Positions 12,891 through 24,729 of a DNA stretch of 64,000 bases are shown here, one piece after another. This DNA is from Octopus bimaculoides. Lineage: Eukaryota. The translations under genes were made by a program, and so were the position numbers. The notes under the pieces were generated by a model. It was not told the origin of the DNA. It made no database searches and saw only the letters and a program-made list of their open reading frames with translations. How positions within the stretch are numbered: the stretch's first letter is position 1; each line of letters opens with the position of its first letter. The stretch spans positions 94,283,952-94,347,951 of the forward strand of contig NC_068982.1 in NCBI RefSeq assembly GCF_001194135.2. The letters run 5' to 3'.

Positions 12891-15271
12891 CTGAAAATAT
12901 TTTGGATATTTTGTTCAAAGCAAATATCACTAAGTATATATTTAAGCCACTAAGTAGATGTGTTTATATCTTAGCTTTCGAGTCTGTTTTGGTGCTATTT
13001 CATATAGTGTATGTCATTAGTTTTTCCTGAGAAAAGTATAAGCTTAATAACTCATTTGTTACCTATTCTAAGACAAATAGAGTTAAACACTAAATAATAG
13101 TTATTCAAAATAAATATTCTATTATTTGATAATTAGTTCTCTTCGTTTCACCATCATATAAAGTAAATAGTACTTTTCCAGTTTATTAATTCAATTCCTA
13201 CCTGAGTCGACAGTATTCAATACTTGTCTCTCCTCATTTGGATTCCGTCTCTATACAGAGTAAATGACAACGATATGATACTTAGTTTATTTATTCAACC
13301 TTAATATAAAGGTATTCAAACATGGCTGCAAATCGTTAACTTACCCTATTAGATTCTGACCCATCATAGAATTATACCTTTTCTTTGTGTCTGTTTTACT
13401 AATTTTGTTTTCTAGCCATTATTTCATTCATCACCTGGGATTAAAGCATAACTAAGATAAATAACATTTGCATTATTGATAAAGCGTTAGTAGCCAATGA
13501 CCTGCTTCCTTCAATAAATTTTTATGTGTCATCACGTTCTTTAGAAGGACATCTTGAAAAAGGTTATCGAGGAGTGTTGAGAATACTTTAGATTTCCTGA
13601 TGTTGTTTTTTCTTGTGTCTGTGTAGGAATATATTATATCACGGTTTCCCCAAGTGGAAATAAGTAAAAATCAGTGGTAACTAAAAAGACAAAAAGGAAA
13701 AAAAAAGGTCGACAGTGGACTTTATTTTAACATACTACCTATATCCAACTGAAGTGATTCATTAAGACAAAATACCGGTAATGTACTGCACCCCGATTAA
13801 AGCACATTACTGGTATTTAGTTACACTCCGTTAACCCCGGGAAGGGGCCAATGTGATATGCCATGACACTGTAAAGCACTGATGAGAAGACATCAATACT
13901 AATATGATTATCAGAAACACCATGCTTAATCTGACAGACTTTTGTTTTATATGTCTGTCAGATCATGAGACCACGTGTTATACACTTAATGGCAAATTAA
14001 CGGTACTGCTTATTGCCTTCTAATAGTTAGTGAAACCCTTTGATCTCAGCATACAAGCAGTCTAATAAAAGCGTGATCAACTATATAATGATCCGACTGA
14101 ATTTTACTTCATGTTATACGTTTGCATATTTATAGCCATAGAAATTATGTATCAAAAGTCAGCAGCACTGACAACAAAATGTGAAATGTTTATATTTCAG
14201 CTACTTGAGGGGAATCTTCCCGACTAAACTAACTCCATACAATGAAATATCGATTTTCTTTTACTTGCCTTAAGCCTGTCGTGGTGTTCGGGTAACTGAA
14301 CCAATTCCATTATTTTTTTCGTTCTTTTGAAATAAATAATATCGTTCATCGACCCCTGAATGATGAAAGCAGACATCCAGGAGAGATTTGAACAAAGAAC
14401 GCAAATAGATTAGTACTGTTAATTTTGCTTTCATTCAGTTCGTCTACCATTTCTGCCGTCTAATCAATATTAGAATAACAACTAATTCGAAGACACATAT
14501 ATGAAGTTAATAGAAAAAAAAAATCATTAACAATATCATATAACTTGGTATTTTCCGTTAACCATTAAAAACAAAAACAAAGAAATAATATTTTTCTCAT
14601 TTGTGTTGGAAGAATAACAAGAAATTATCTAAATGACCGATAACAATTCTAAATTGTGCCCTCAATGCGCAAGAAAAACTAAACTATCCAACACCTACGG
14701 CTTATCATAACAGTCTTTTGTCAATGATTCAATATTATATGAGAAGTAGACATACTTAGCCAAAGGGTATATCGTGAATATACACAATAAAATGTTTAAA
14801 TAAATACAATGAGAAGAAATACAAATCACTATGCATTCAAGTTTTCAAGCAAACCGTAGCTGCTGATTACCATTAAAACTTTAGTGAAATGATTAGAGAG
14901 GCACGCCTAGTCGCATTCCATGAAAAAATACATAATGCGCGTCACGGTTTTCATTAGATTAAAATCGATAAGTAGTTTACTTCATGGTGATTTCATGAAC
15001 TGTTTGGTGATATCAGTAGCGAAATTTTCGGGACAAAGTGAATGAAACTATAAGTAAAATACTCAAATTCAGCTAGAATATATAATATACATATGATATC
15101 TTCTATCATATTGTTTATATTGCTGTACATGTTTACAAAACGTAACTGAAATTGACCGCTCTGAATTCTATAGAAAATCTACAGATAATGTGAAAATGGA
15201 ATTGAAGTACTGTTAGCATACAGTGGGATAACATCGACTTAATAAACCTAATAAATACATACATACGTATG

Positions 15272-15398
<127 letters not shown>

Positions 15399-15659
15399 AT
15401 GTATGTATGTATGTATGTATGTATGTATGCATGTATGTATGTATCTATCTATCTATCTAAGATTCGGAAAGCTCATTTATTCGGTATGTAAAATGTGATT
15501 GATAATGTAAACCAGATACGAAAAAGTGTAATTCGCCTCTGTATGGAAATGCTGTGTCCTATTTTTTGATATTATCATTATTCATTCATTCTTGAAACGC
15601 AAGCTGGAAAATATTTAGAAGAATGGAATGAAAAATGCGCAGTAGCCTCTAGCATTCTA

Positions 15660-16983
15660 TCAGGTTGAGTAAAAAGTAAGCAACGCTTTGGACCATGAAA
15701 AATTTGTAGGGGGTTTTTGCAGAGTTCTGAATTTTAAAATAATATTTTCGCAATTGTCTGATAATACAAACATAAACGTGCTCAAATGCATCAATAAGTT
15801 ATCGATATTTTTTTCACTGCTGTTACAGTCATCTGAAATGGAATGTCAAAGTGCAGTATTCGAGCAACTTTGTTATTCAACTTCAAAAAAGGACGTAAAG
15901 CAGCTGAAACTGGTCGCGATATCAACGAAAGATTTAATGAGGAAATGACCAATGGGTGATCAGCTCGAAAATGGTTTAAATGATTTCGCAATGGAGACCT
16001 GAGTCTTGAAGATCGTGAGCGTAGCGGACGCCCATCTGTCATCGATGACGGTGAATTAAAGGCCGTCATTGAGAAAGATCCACATAAAACCACTCGAGAA
16101 CTGGGAAAAGAACTTCAAATTAGCCTGAAATCTGCCTGCAACCAGTTGCATGCGATCGGAAAATCAAAAAGAGTGGAATGAAAAATGTGCAATCGCCCTC
16201 TAGCATTCTGTCAGGTTGAGTGGAAAGTAAGCAACGATTTGGACTACGAAGAATATTTTTTAAACATTTTTTTGAAATTGTCTGATAATGCAAATGGGTA
16301 CCACACAATTTGAATGAAAATTAGAAAATTCGCAAATATTAAATTTGCGCGTCGTTTCTTCTCCATAATCAGACCGATCCATTTCTCGATCGTATTGTAA
16401 CCTGCGATGAAAAGTGGATTCTGTACAATAATAAATTCGCAGTGGTTGGACCAAAATGAAGCACCAAAAATCTTCCCTAATCCCGAGCTCTTCAAAAAGA
16501 AGCTTAATGGAGACTGTTTGGTATTGTACTGCTGGAATTATCAACTATAACTTCTTAAAACCCGGAAAAGCCATTACTACAGAAAAATATTGCCATGAAA
16601 TAGCCAAAATGAATGAAAATCTGCTACTCCTCCGTCCCAGACTGGTCAACAGAAGAGAGCCAATCATTCCACGCCCCATTAGTGGGGGGAACTTGGCTAC
16701 GAAGTTCTTCCCACCCAGCTCATTCCCCAGATGTTTCTCCAACTGACGACCATTTATTCAAGCATCTTGATGGTTTCCTGCGAGTGAAGGAGTTCAAGAA
16801 TCAAACCGATGCTGAAAGTTCGTTCAAAGAGTTCAACAACTCCAGAACTCCAGATCTTGATGCTACCGGAATAAACAAAATTGTAGCCCATTGGTTGATG
16901 ATAACGGTACTTTGGTGACTAAAATTTCCGCATTGAGGTGAATTTCATGTTTCAAAACGTTGCTTACGTTTTACTCAACCTGA
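15660..16983 (+). mobile_element. Mariner (Tc1/mariner, D,D34D-type) transposon, defective, both TIRs present
   Basis: TA|TCAGGTTGAGTAAAAAGTAAGCAACG at the left end and its reverse complement ending ...ACTCAACCTGA|TA at the right. Motifs RSGRPSVIDD, KWVPHNL, RIVTCDEKW and HPAHSPDVSPTDDHLF, with stops and frameshifts. Confidence 0.92.
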
Positions 16984-17114
16984 TATAATTTCAAAATTAC
17001 ATGGAATTTATGATTGGAATTAGCAGAAACCTATAATTAGTCTTATGGTTGTCACCAGTTTATCGATAAAGTTGGTTTATTTCCGAATCTAGACTTTATA
17101 ATTATTTTCTAACA

Positions 17115-17352
17115 TTTACTTGTTTCAGTCATTACGCTGTGGTTATACTGGGGAACCGCCTTAAGAAATTTTTGTCGAACGATTCGAGCACAAAACTTAT
17201 TTTCCTTTTTAAGCCTGGGGCTTATTCTACCGTGTCAATTGCCGAACCACTAGGTTACAGGGATGTAAACAAACCAACACCGGTTGTCAAGCAGTGGGTG
17301 GGACAAATAAACAGAAAGACGCACACACGTTGATACACACACGCTCACACAA

Positions 17353-17397
<45 letters not shown>

Positions 17398-17553
17398 ACG
17401 GGCTACTTAGTTTCCATCTACAAAATTCACTCACAAGTGTATCCTTCTATCGAACGTAAAAGACACATACAAATTCAGTCACAAGTGTGAGGTTGAACCC
17501 GGAACCATATGGCTGTGAAACAAAATTCTTACGACACAACTATGCCTGCGCCA
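17115..17553 (-). mobile_element. tRNA-derived SINE with internal (TA)n
   Basis: Same family as 12299 and 56996; head GGCGCAGGCATAG...GGTTCAACC on the minus strand. Confidence 0.8.
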
Positions 17554-17590
17554 TCCATTGTAGAAAAATGATATAGAAAGTCTATTCTAC

Positions 17591-17646
17591 CTTCCAGACC
17601 CAATATTTTGCTGGAAGAATTTCGGTTTATATAATGATTCTAATGC
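17591..17646 (-). CDS. Candidate exon (56 nt, phase 0/2), paralogue of 18157-18212
   Basis: CTTTTCCTTAG acceptor, AAG|GTAGAA donor. Reads ALESLYKPKFFQQNIGSG(R). Confidence 0.35.
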
Positions 17647-17785
17647 CTAAGGAAAAGCGTGACATACACACCTTTTATTTTCCATTCTAAAATCTCAGGT
17701 ATCTGGCTGTTTAGAAGAAAATAGCAACACTGTATTAGTACTGTTATTATATCGTAGACGATAGAATTAATATTAGGCTTAAAAA

Positions 17786-17878
17786 ATACTGAGGTCAATT
17801 TATTCGACTAAAAATTCTTCAAGGCAATGCCCCAGTATGGCTGTAGTATAATGACTGAAACAAGTAAAAGATAAAAAA
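17786..17878 (+). mobile_element. SINE 3' fragment
   Basis: TTCGACTAAAAATTCTTCAAGGC..GCCCCAGTATGGCTG..AATGACTGAAACAAGTAAAAG matches the 3' end of the 56996 SINE. Confidence 0.7.
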
Positions 17879-18156
17879 TAGTTGCTGGGGGTGTATAAAT
17901 TCTGTTATGCTCTTTGGAAAAATGTCTTTGGTATGTTTGGTATATCTTTGGTATGTTTCTCGTTCTTTGTTAGAATTATTTCATCATTTCCCTAATTTCC
18001 CCATAATTAAATCGATTATATGATTCAAGACAGCACGAACCTATAATTATTTTACGATGTTCACAACTCTATTGACATCACTGGTTTGATTCCAAATTCA
18101 ACCTTTAGTATTCAAACTGTCCATTATGAAAGAATTTGTCAGAGAGCTAAATCTAC

Positions 18157-18212
18157 CGTCCAGATACAATATTTTGCAGGAAAAACTTCGATTCATATAA
18201 TGCATCTAATAT
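18157..18212 (-). CDS. Candidate exon (56 nt, phase 0/2)
   Basis: GCTTCTTTCAG acceptor, ACG|GTAGAT donor. Reads ILDALYESKFFLQNIVSG(R), in phase with the 12890 exon. Confidence 0.4.
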
Positions 18213-18646
18213 CTGAAAGAAGCATGAAATCCACTATGACAATTTTTATTTCTCATTACGTCATTGTCGGATGTATTCATTTAAAAACTATTTTAGGGGG
18301 AAATAAGATACCATAATCTCAGATGTATTGCCATTATAAAGAAAAGAAAAATGAAAAACAAAAAATGTAGTTGCTGTTTGTATAGATGTGCTGTGTTATA
18401 TTCGGAAAAAATATCTTTGGTTAACTTCTGATTCTCTTTTAAAACTGCTTAACTCTTTCAAATAATCTTCATGGGACATGTAGATATGTCATATCTCGTT
18501 TCATTGTTGTTATCTACCCAAATTACTAATTCGATGTAAGAAATATTTTATTAAAAGTATTATAGCATAAAATAAATACTTGAAACAATATATGTTATTT
18601 CTTGACACTTTCCATATTTCTTGTTAGAAGTAGCAAACTCTGTTCT

Positions 18647-18873
18647 TATTTCTTTATTGCCCACAAGGGGCTAAACATAGAGGGGGCAAACAAGGACAAA
18701 CAAATGGATTAAGTCGATTACGTCGACCCCAGTGCGTAACTGGTACTTAATTTATCGACCCCGAAAGGATGAAAGGCAAAGTCGACCCCAGCGGAATTTG
18801 AACTCAGAACGTAACGGCAGACGAAATACCACTAAGCATTTCGCCTGGCGTGCTAACGTTTCTGCCAGTTCGC
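18647..18873 (-). mobile_element. Near full-length tRNA-derived SINE with an 18-bp target-site duplication
   Basis: AGTAGCAAACTCTGTTCT at 18629-18646 and 18874-18891 flanks the element. Confidence 0.95.
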
Positions 18874-19113
18874 AGTAGCAAACTCTGTTCTGCCAATAGA
18901 TATTTAGGCAAGACATTTCGAGAGAAGATCCATGATTTCGTGTGACAAAGGGATTTCACTGCTTGGTAGACAAATATACCAAGAAACAAAAGAGACAAAA
19001 ACCAAATAGTTAAGGAAAAGACTATTAAAACATTGACTGAATTGATAAAACGAAAGGTGAATTTAAGCATAAAAATTTTATATTGGTTGAAAGAGAAAAA
19101 AATCTGAACTTAC

Positions 19114-19672
19114 TATTGAACTTTCTATACTCCGAGGCAATTGTTTCGCTTTCCTCTTCCGCAATCACGCCGTCCTTCTTTTCCTGCTCTTGGTCCTGCT
19201 CCGGTTCTTCCTTGTTCTCTTCTTCCCCGTTCTTCTTGTCATCGTCCCCTACCTCATCTTCATTTTCCTTTATGTAATTATGTAATGCAGTATCATTAAC
19301 AACTTTTTGAGCTTCTTTCTGTCCTTCACTATTATCCTTCAATGCAGTCGATACAGTCTTTCTGTGCGGCGATCGTGGTGAGCCGTTATTTTTACATTTG
19401 ATTTTGTTGACCCCCAAATTTGACGCAAATATTCGATGAGATACTTTCCCATTTCGAAGTTCGACAGTATCAGCAATAGGTCTCGACTCTAATTGCTTGC
19501 ATATCTGGTTCACTCGACCCAACCTTTCGGTCGGAACTCTTGGCGAACAACTATCATTTCTAGGAAGAGGTCGAGGCGGTTTTGGAATCCTATTTGTTGA
19601 GGAATGGGAATGCTCAGTAATCCTTATAGATTTTGGGGTTTCTTCGAATATGTCTTGGTCGGATGTATTCAT
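19114..19672 (-). CDS. Large, probably first, coding exon: low-complexity N-terminus with a Pro-rich patch and an acidic E/D/K tract; product unknown
   Basis: Lies in a 231-codon ORF, long for this AT-rich window and not repeat-derived. ATG at 19672 (MNTSDQD...), then PKPPRPLPR and EDEVGDDDKKNGEEENKEEPEQDQEQEKK. Strong donor AATA|GTAAGT after 19114 (phase 1). Confidence 0.65.
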
Positions 19673-19834
19673 TTTAAAAATTATTTTGGGAGAAAATAAG
19701 TTACAATAATATTTTCTCAAAAATTCCTTTTGGTATTACTTATTTCTGATTGCACGGTTATACCTGTTTTCATCCAGGATACTGCAAATAATAACAACAG
19801 AAATAATAATAATAATAATAACAACAACAACAAC

Positions 19835-19881
<47 letters not shown>

Positions 19882-19919
19882 TAATAATAATAATAATAAT
19901 AATATTGATGATGATGATA

Positions 19920-20120
19920 GCTCCAATCTCCATGAACTACAAAAGATAACCTTGATGGGTACAGCCCATATACTATGGAAAACTCTTTCCATCTAAAATG
20001 GAATAAATGTGGTGATATTTTAGCATACATAGCAAAACAAAAATACCTTTGCTACTCTTGGCCTCCGGAGGATGCCCGGTAGTAAGGCAGCTGAAATAAA
20101 GTTATAATGAAAAGAAACCA
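19920..20120 (+). mobile_element. R4/Dong-like RLE LINE, 3' tip plus UTR
   Basis: LHELQKITLMGTAHILWKTLSI* is the typical RLE-LINE ORF end; flanked by (TAA)n on both sides. Confidence 0.75.
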
Positions 20121-20128
20121 TGATGATG

Positions 20129-20197
<69 letters not shown>

Positions 20198-20199
20198 GA

Positions 20200-21820
20200 T
20201 ACCCTTGACATGACATTGGTACTCAGAAAAATAAATCTGGGGTACTAACTAAAGAAAAAATCCCAAATAATCAACCACCTCCTCTTCATGGATGATTTGA
20301 AACTATGTGGCAAAGATGAGACACAAGTGAGTTCCTTGGTGAACACGATCCACCGTTTTAGTACTGATATTAGAATTCAATTTGGACTCAAGAAGTGCGA
20401 AGTAATCTACCCCAAAAGAGGCAAGGTACATTTAAACCGGGATAGAAATACCGAATAAAGACTTGATTAAGCAAACTGAAACGGAAGGATATAAATACTT
20501 TGGTGTACTAGAGTACAACGAGATAATAGAAAAGAAAATAATGAAAGAACAACTGAAGATAGAGTATTTCCGAAGACTAAGGTTGGTGTTGCACTCAAAA
20601 TTGACTGGATAGAATAAATTCCAAGCAGTTAATACGTGGGCGGTAACATCACTTGGTATGGAGCGATAATTATAAAATGGCAAAAGAGAGAAGTGAAGAA
20701 AATGGATACCAAGACCAGAAAAATGTTGACAGTACACGGAACCTTCCACCCTAAGAGTGACACCGATAGACTGTACTTGTCCACAAGAAAGTGTGGGATA
20801 GGTTTAATCAGTTGCCAGGATTGTATCGAAGCAGAGGAAAACAGCCTAGGGTGGAATATAAAAAATGCCGTGGAGCCATTGTTGAAACACATGAAGAAGA
20901 CTGGCCTCATCAAAACTGAAAATTGTGTAACTAAAGAAAAAATTAAACAAGAAACGAACAAAAGAAAGCGAAAGTCATGGAAGAAAAAGAAAATGTACGG
21001 TCAGTTTGCAAGAGATGTGAACGCTAAGACAAATACAGAGGACCGGTAGCAATGGATGAGGAGGAGTAATCTGAAAATAGAGACAGAAGCACTCATATGC
21101 GCAGCTGAGGAACAAGCGTTAATAACCAATTATATGAAGTGCAGAACTTGCAACACTACCGATAGCGACAAATGCAGAATATTTAGTGAGAGGGGTGAAA
21201 CGGTAAGGCATATCATTAGCGAATGCCCAAAATTGGCACATCGCAAATATAAACGACGCCACGAAAATGTGGCAAGAATGATCTATTGGGAGCTCTGTGG
21301 AAATCACAACCTTCAAAGTGCAAAGATGTAGTATGAGAAAATTCCATAAGAAGTCACCGAAAACGAGAACTGCAAATTACTGTGGATGCAATTATCCAGT
21401 GCGATCACCTGACCAGACATCGGAAACCAGATGTGGTGAATAAAAAAGAAAGAACATGTATGATAATCCATATAGCATGCCTCGATGAAAACAGGATCAA
21501 TGTGAAAGAAGAAGGACATAAAACAACTGTGACGATTTAAAGTACGAAGTACCAAGGCTGTAGTCAATGAAGTGAGTAGACGTGACACCAATAGTAAATG
21601 GTGCAATTAGAAGTATCAGCACTCAACTACCAGCATGGCTGAAAAAAGATCGGTGCAAGTGTGAAGGTAGAACACCTACAAAAATCAGCATTGCTTGGAA
21701 CTGCAAGAATTCTTCGCAGGGTCCTTGAAGCATGACCAGTAAACAAGTGTCACCTTAACCTGCTGGATGTGGACAGCTGACACTTTCCACTATACCCAGC
21801 AAAATAAGCTGTGAGCTTTC
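20200..21820 (+). mobile_element. R4/Dong-like RLE LINE, 5'-truncated (RT end, CCHC finger, RLE)
   Basis: NHLLFMDDLKL; GTFHPKSDTDRLYL; CRI...ETVRHIISECPKLA..YKRRHENVAR; ORF end LQKSALLGTARILRRVLEA*; (TAA)n on both sides. Confidence 0.9.
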
Positions 21821-21922
<102 letters not shown>

Positions 21923-21924
21923 TG

Positions 21925-22435
21925 ATCCCCGTACATACTGACAAGACTATAAAAGCTAATAAACCAGATATTATAAAAGATCAGACAAAGAAGACGTGTT
22001 TATTAATTGACATGAGTATTCCCTCTGATCATAATATAGCGGCGAAAGAATTTGACAAGATCAGTAAATATAAAGACTTGCTAATAGAAATTGAAAAAAT
22101 GTGGCACCTCAAGGCGACTACCATACCAGTGATTGTAGGATCTCTAGGAATGATGAAAAAAGGTACTGAAACCTATTTGAAAATGATACCAGGCTTATCA
22201 TCCCTACAGGAAGTGCAAAAAATCGTGCTAACTGGAACGACTCATGTACTGAGAAGAGCATTATCGCTGTGAAAACAACATCCATTCATGAACTTTTTTT
22301 TTTTCTTAAATACATGTTTTACCTGTGAATTTGCGTGTGTGAACTGGGAATGCATACAACGAGTTTCTCTGCCCTAGGTGTACGGAAAACACTCGGCGAG
22401 AAATGGAAGAAAATTTGAAGAAAGAAGAAAAATAG
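21925..22435 (+). mobile_element. R4/Dong-like RLE domain plus 3' UTR (second family)
   Basis: TDKTIKANKPDII..CLLIDMSIPSD..AKEFDKISKYKDL..TIPVIVGSLG..IVLTGTTHVLRRALSL*; PD..D..K-type RLE, nearly intact frame. Confidence 0.9.
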
Positions 22436-22458
22436 TAATAATAATAATAATAATAATA

Positions 22459-22527
<69 letters not shown>

Positions 22528-22644
22528 GTCGGCTGGACGTGACAGCAGCTGGACGTATTCTTCGCAGCTCTGACCTGTCAGCAGCTGAAGACACAGAAAC
22601 ACTAACACAACCCAGCAGGACAACTGAGAGATAACTCTAAAAGT

Positions 22645-23430
22645 CTGGAATATCTAGTTTCATGTGAATATTTTGAAATTCCCTCAAAATACGTTAAGGA
22701 ACTTACATATCTACAGCTTTCGAACACACAAACGATCAGCTTTAAAACTTACAACGCCTGAAAATACCTATCCTTTTCTTTCCCCCTGAGTATTCGAAAA
22801 TGAAAACATCATCTTTATTCCAAGAACTCTATAGTTTTCTCTGTTTGGACATACAAAAAATAAATCATCTCCAGTAAATTTTATAACCTTAATATCTATA
22901 ATTTTCTGTGAAAAAATGTTACCTTCCTTTTCTTTCCGGTCTTTTTCCCCCGAAAATTCTAAAATGTAAACATCCTTTTTATTGCAAAAAAAGGCACAGT
23001 CTTTTCTGAACGGACATACAAACGAACAACTCAAAAAATTTAGAAACTTTAATATCTCAACACGAAAACAACTTGAGGAAGTAAGCACGTACTGCATAAC
23101 TACAAAAACAGTAAAACACAGCAAAACTTTTAAAGATAAAATGAAATTCCAAAGGAAAAAGAAACTCAGAAATTCAAAAATTCAACGAGGTGAACATCTC
23201 TTCCTCCTACTATTCCCAAAGACTGGAATATCTACAATTTCCTGTGAATATTTTAAATCTCCCTCCAAATAAAATAAAATAAGTGAAGAAACTTACATAC
23301 CTAGAGCTTTCGAACACACAAGCAATCAGCTTTAAAATATCACCTTTAATATCTACAACTACAACACTTATCCTTTCCTTTCTTCCTGAGTATTCGAAAA
23401 TGTAAACATCCTTTTCGTTGCAAAAGTCCT
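22645..23430. repeat. Diverged local triplication (copies at about 22645-22815, 22830-22990 and 23222-23430)
   Basis: Shared strings GCTTTCGAACACACA, CTGAGTATTCGAAAATG and AAAATGTAAACATCCTTTT. Confidence 0.8.
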
Positions 23431-23689
23431 ACTGTATTNNNNNNNNNNNNNNNNNNNNNNNNNNNNNNNNNNNNNNNNNNNNNNNNNNNNNNNNNNNNNN
23501 NNNNNNNNNNNNNNNNNNNNNNNNNNNNNNNNNNNNNNNNNNNNNNNNNNNNNNNNNNNNNNNNNNNNNNNNNNNNNNNNNNNNNNNNNNNNNNNNNNNN
23601 NNNNNNNNNNNNNNNNNNNNNNNNNNNNNNNNNNNNNNNNNNNNNNNNNNNNNNNNNNNNNNNNNNNNNNNNNNNATATATATATATGT

Positions 23690-23925
23690 ATAATTGTTTT
23701 TTCTACCACAGTAATTACAAATATCTTGAGAAGTACGTGGAACAAATAGGGGCTACAATAAGGGTGGAACACTTGCAGAAAACAACACTACTTGAAACCG
23801 ATCGAATACTCCGGAAGGTGCTCGAAAAATAAGAGGTGTTACCTTAGTTCACTGGTAGGAACAGCTGATACTGTAGTACATCTCCAGTGTTAGAAGCTGT
23901 ACAAAGGCTATGATAATAATGATAA
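23690..23925 (+). mobile_element. R4/Dong-like LINE 3' tip
   Basis: IRVEHLQKTTLLETDRILRKVLEK*, with a 3' UTR similar to 21730-21820, ending at (TAA)n. Confidence 0.8.
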
Positions 23926-23926
23926 T

Positions 23927-23985
<59 letters not shown>

Positions 23986-24018
23986 TAATAATAACAATAA
24001 TAATAAGAATAATAATAA

Positions 24019-24503
24019 TCTATACTATAACGGAGAAAGCTGCTTATTAATTAGGTATGTAGCAATTACTAAAATCACTAAAAGAAAGCAATTATTAAAG
24101 GGCTGACAGTCTGGAAATATTTTTATAAATTCTTGTTCTAAGAAATTTCCTATAATTTCGATTTCTGAAGTTACTTGAATTTTTAAAATCTATTTTCTCG
24201 CAAATTTAAATATTCATTGCATTCACTATGCCTAATTAACAAATTTAAATATTCATTGCATTCACTTTTACTTTTATGTATCCATTCGCTATTTGGAAAA
24301 CCGACAGTTTATTCTATTAATGTATTTTTCATTTTTCATTTCATCTAGTTTCGGCTCATGAGCTGTGGCCATGCTGGGGCACCGCCATGTAATTTATTAT
24401 TTATTATTCTATTAATGTACACATAATTTATTATTCATTGAATAAAAAAATTTAAAATACCCGTATAATTTTTGAACGCGGGATAATTGTAAGAAGAGCC
24501 TAG
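24019..24503 (+). mobile_element. Possible non-autonomous Helitron
   Basis: A|TCTATACTATAA 5' start; imperfect CCCG...CGCGGG hairpin upstream of CTAG at 24500-24503. The expected 3' flanking T is absent. Confidence 0.3.
24325..24403 (-). mobile_element. Very short 5'-truncated SINE insertion with a 16-bp TSD
   Basis: TTATTCTATTAATGTA at 24309-24324 and 24404-24419 flanks GTGGCCATGCTGGGGCACCGCC. Confidence 0.7.
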
Positions 24504-24729
24504 AAAGTTGGGTAATTATTATTAGAAGACGAGGAGAAAAAAATTACCCACAAGTACTCGAAACATGCAACTTATTCACAGTCTCCCAAAACTCTGTACT
24601 ACTAAGCCAATATATACACAAACAAGTTGCATGAGCGATTTCAACAGAGACACACGCGCACATACATAGATACATATACATACAAATGAAAGGCAATGAA
24701 TATGTGTGCGTGTGTGTGTGTGTGTGTGG

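Noticed and set aside
13396-13480. Plus-strand branch-point and acceptor-like TTACTAATTTTGTTTTCTAG
   Set aside because: All three downstream frames stop within about 15 codons and no partner donor was found.
13502-13618. Possible minus-strand exon TRKNNIRKSKVFSTLLDNLFQDVLLKNVMTHKNLLKEA (phase 1/1)
   Set aside because: Weak donor (GTCATT), and its phases do not fit between the phase-2 donor at 17591/18157 and the phase-2 acceptor at 12890 without extra unidentified exons. Worth rechecking with RNA-seq.
19717-20211. Poly-N, poly-I, poly-L, poly-Y, poly-HT and poly-CV ORFs here and elsewhere
   Set aside because: Translations of (TAA)n, (CA)n and (TA)n repeats; no evidence of coding.
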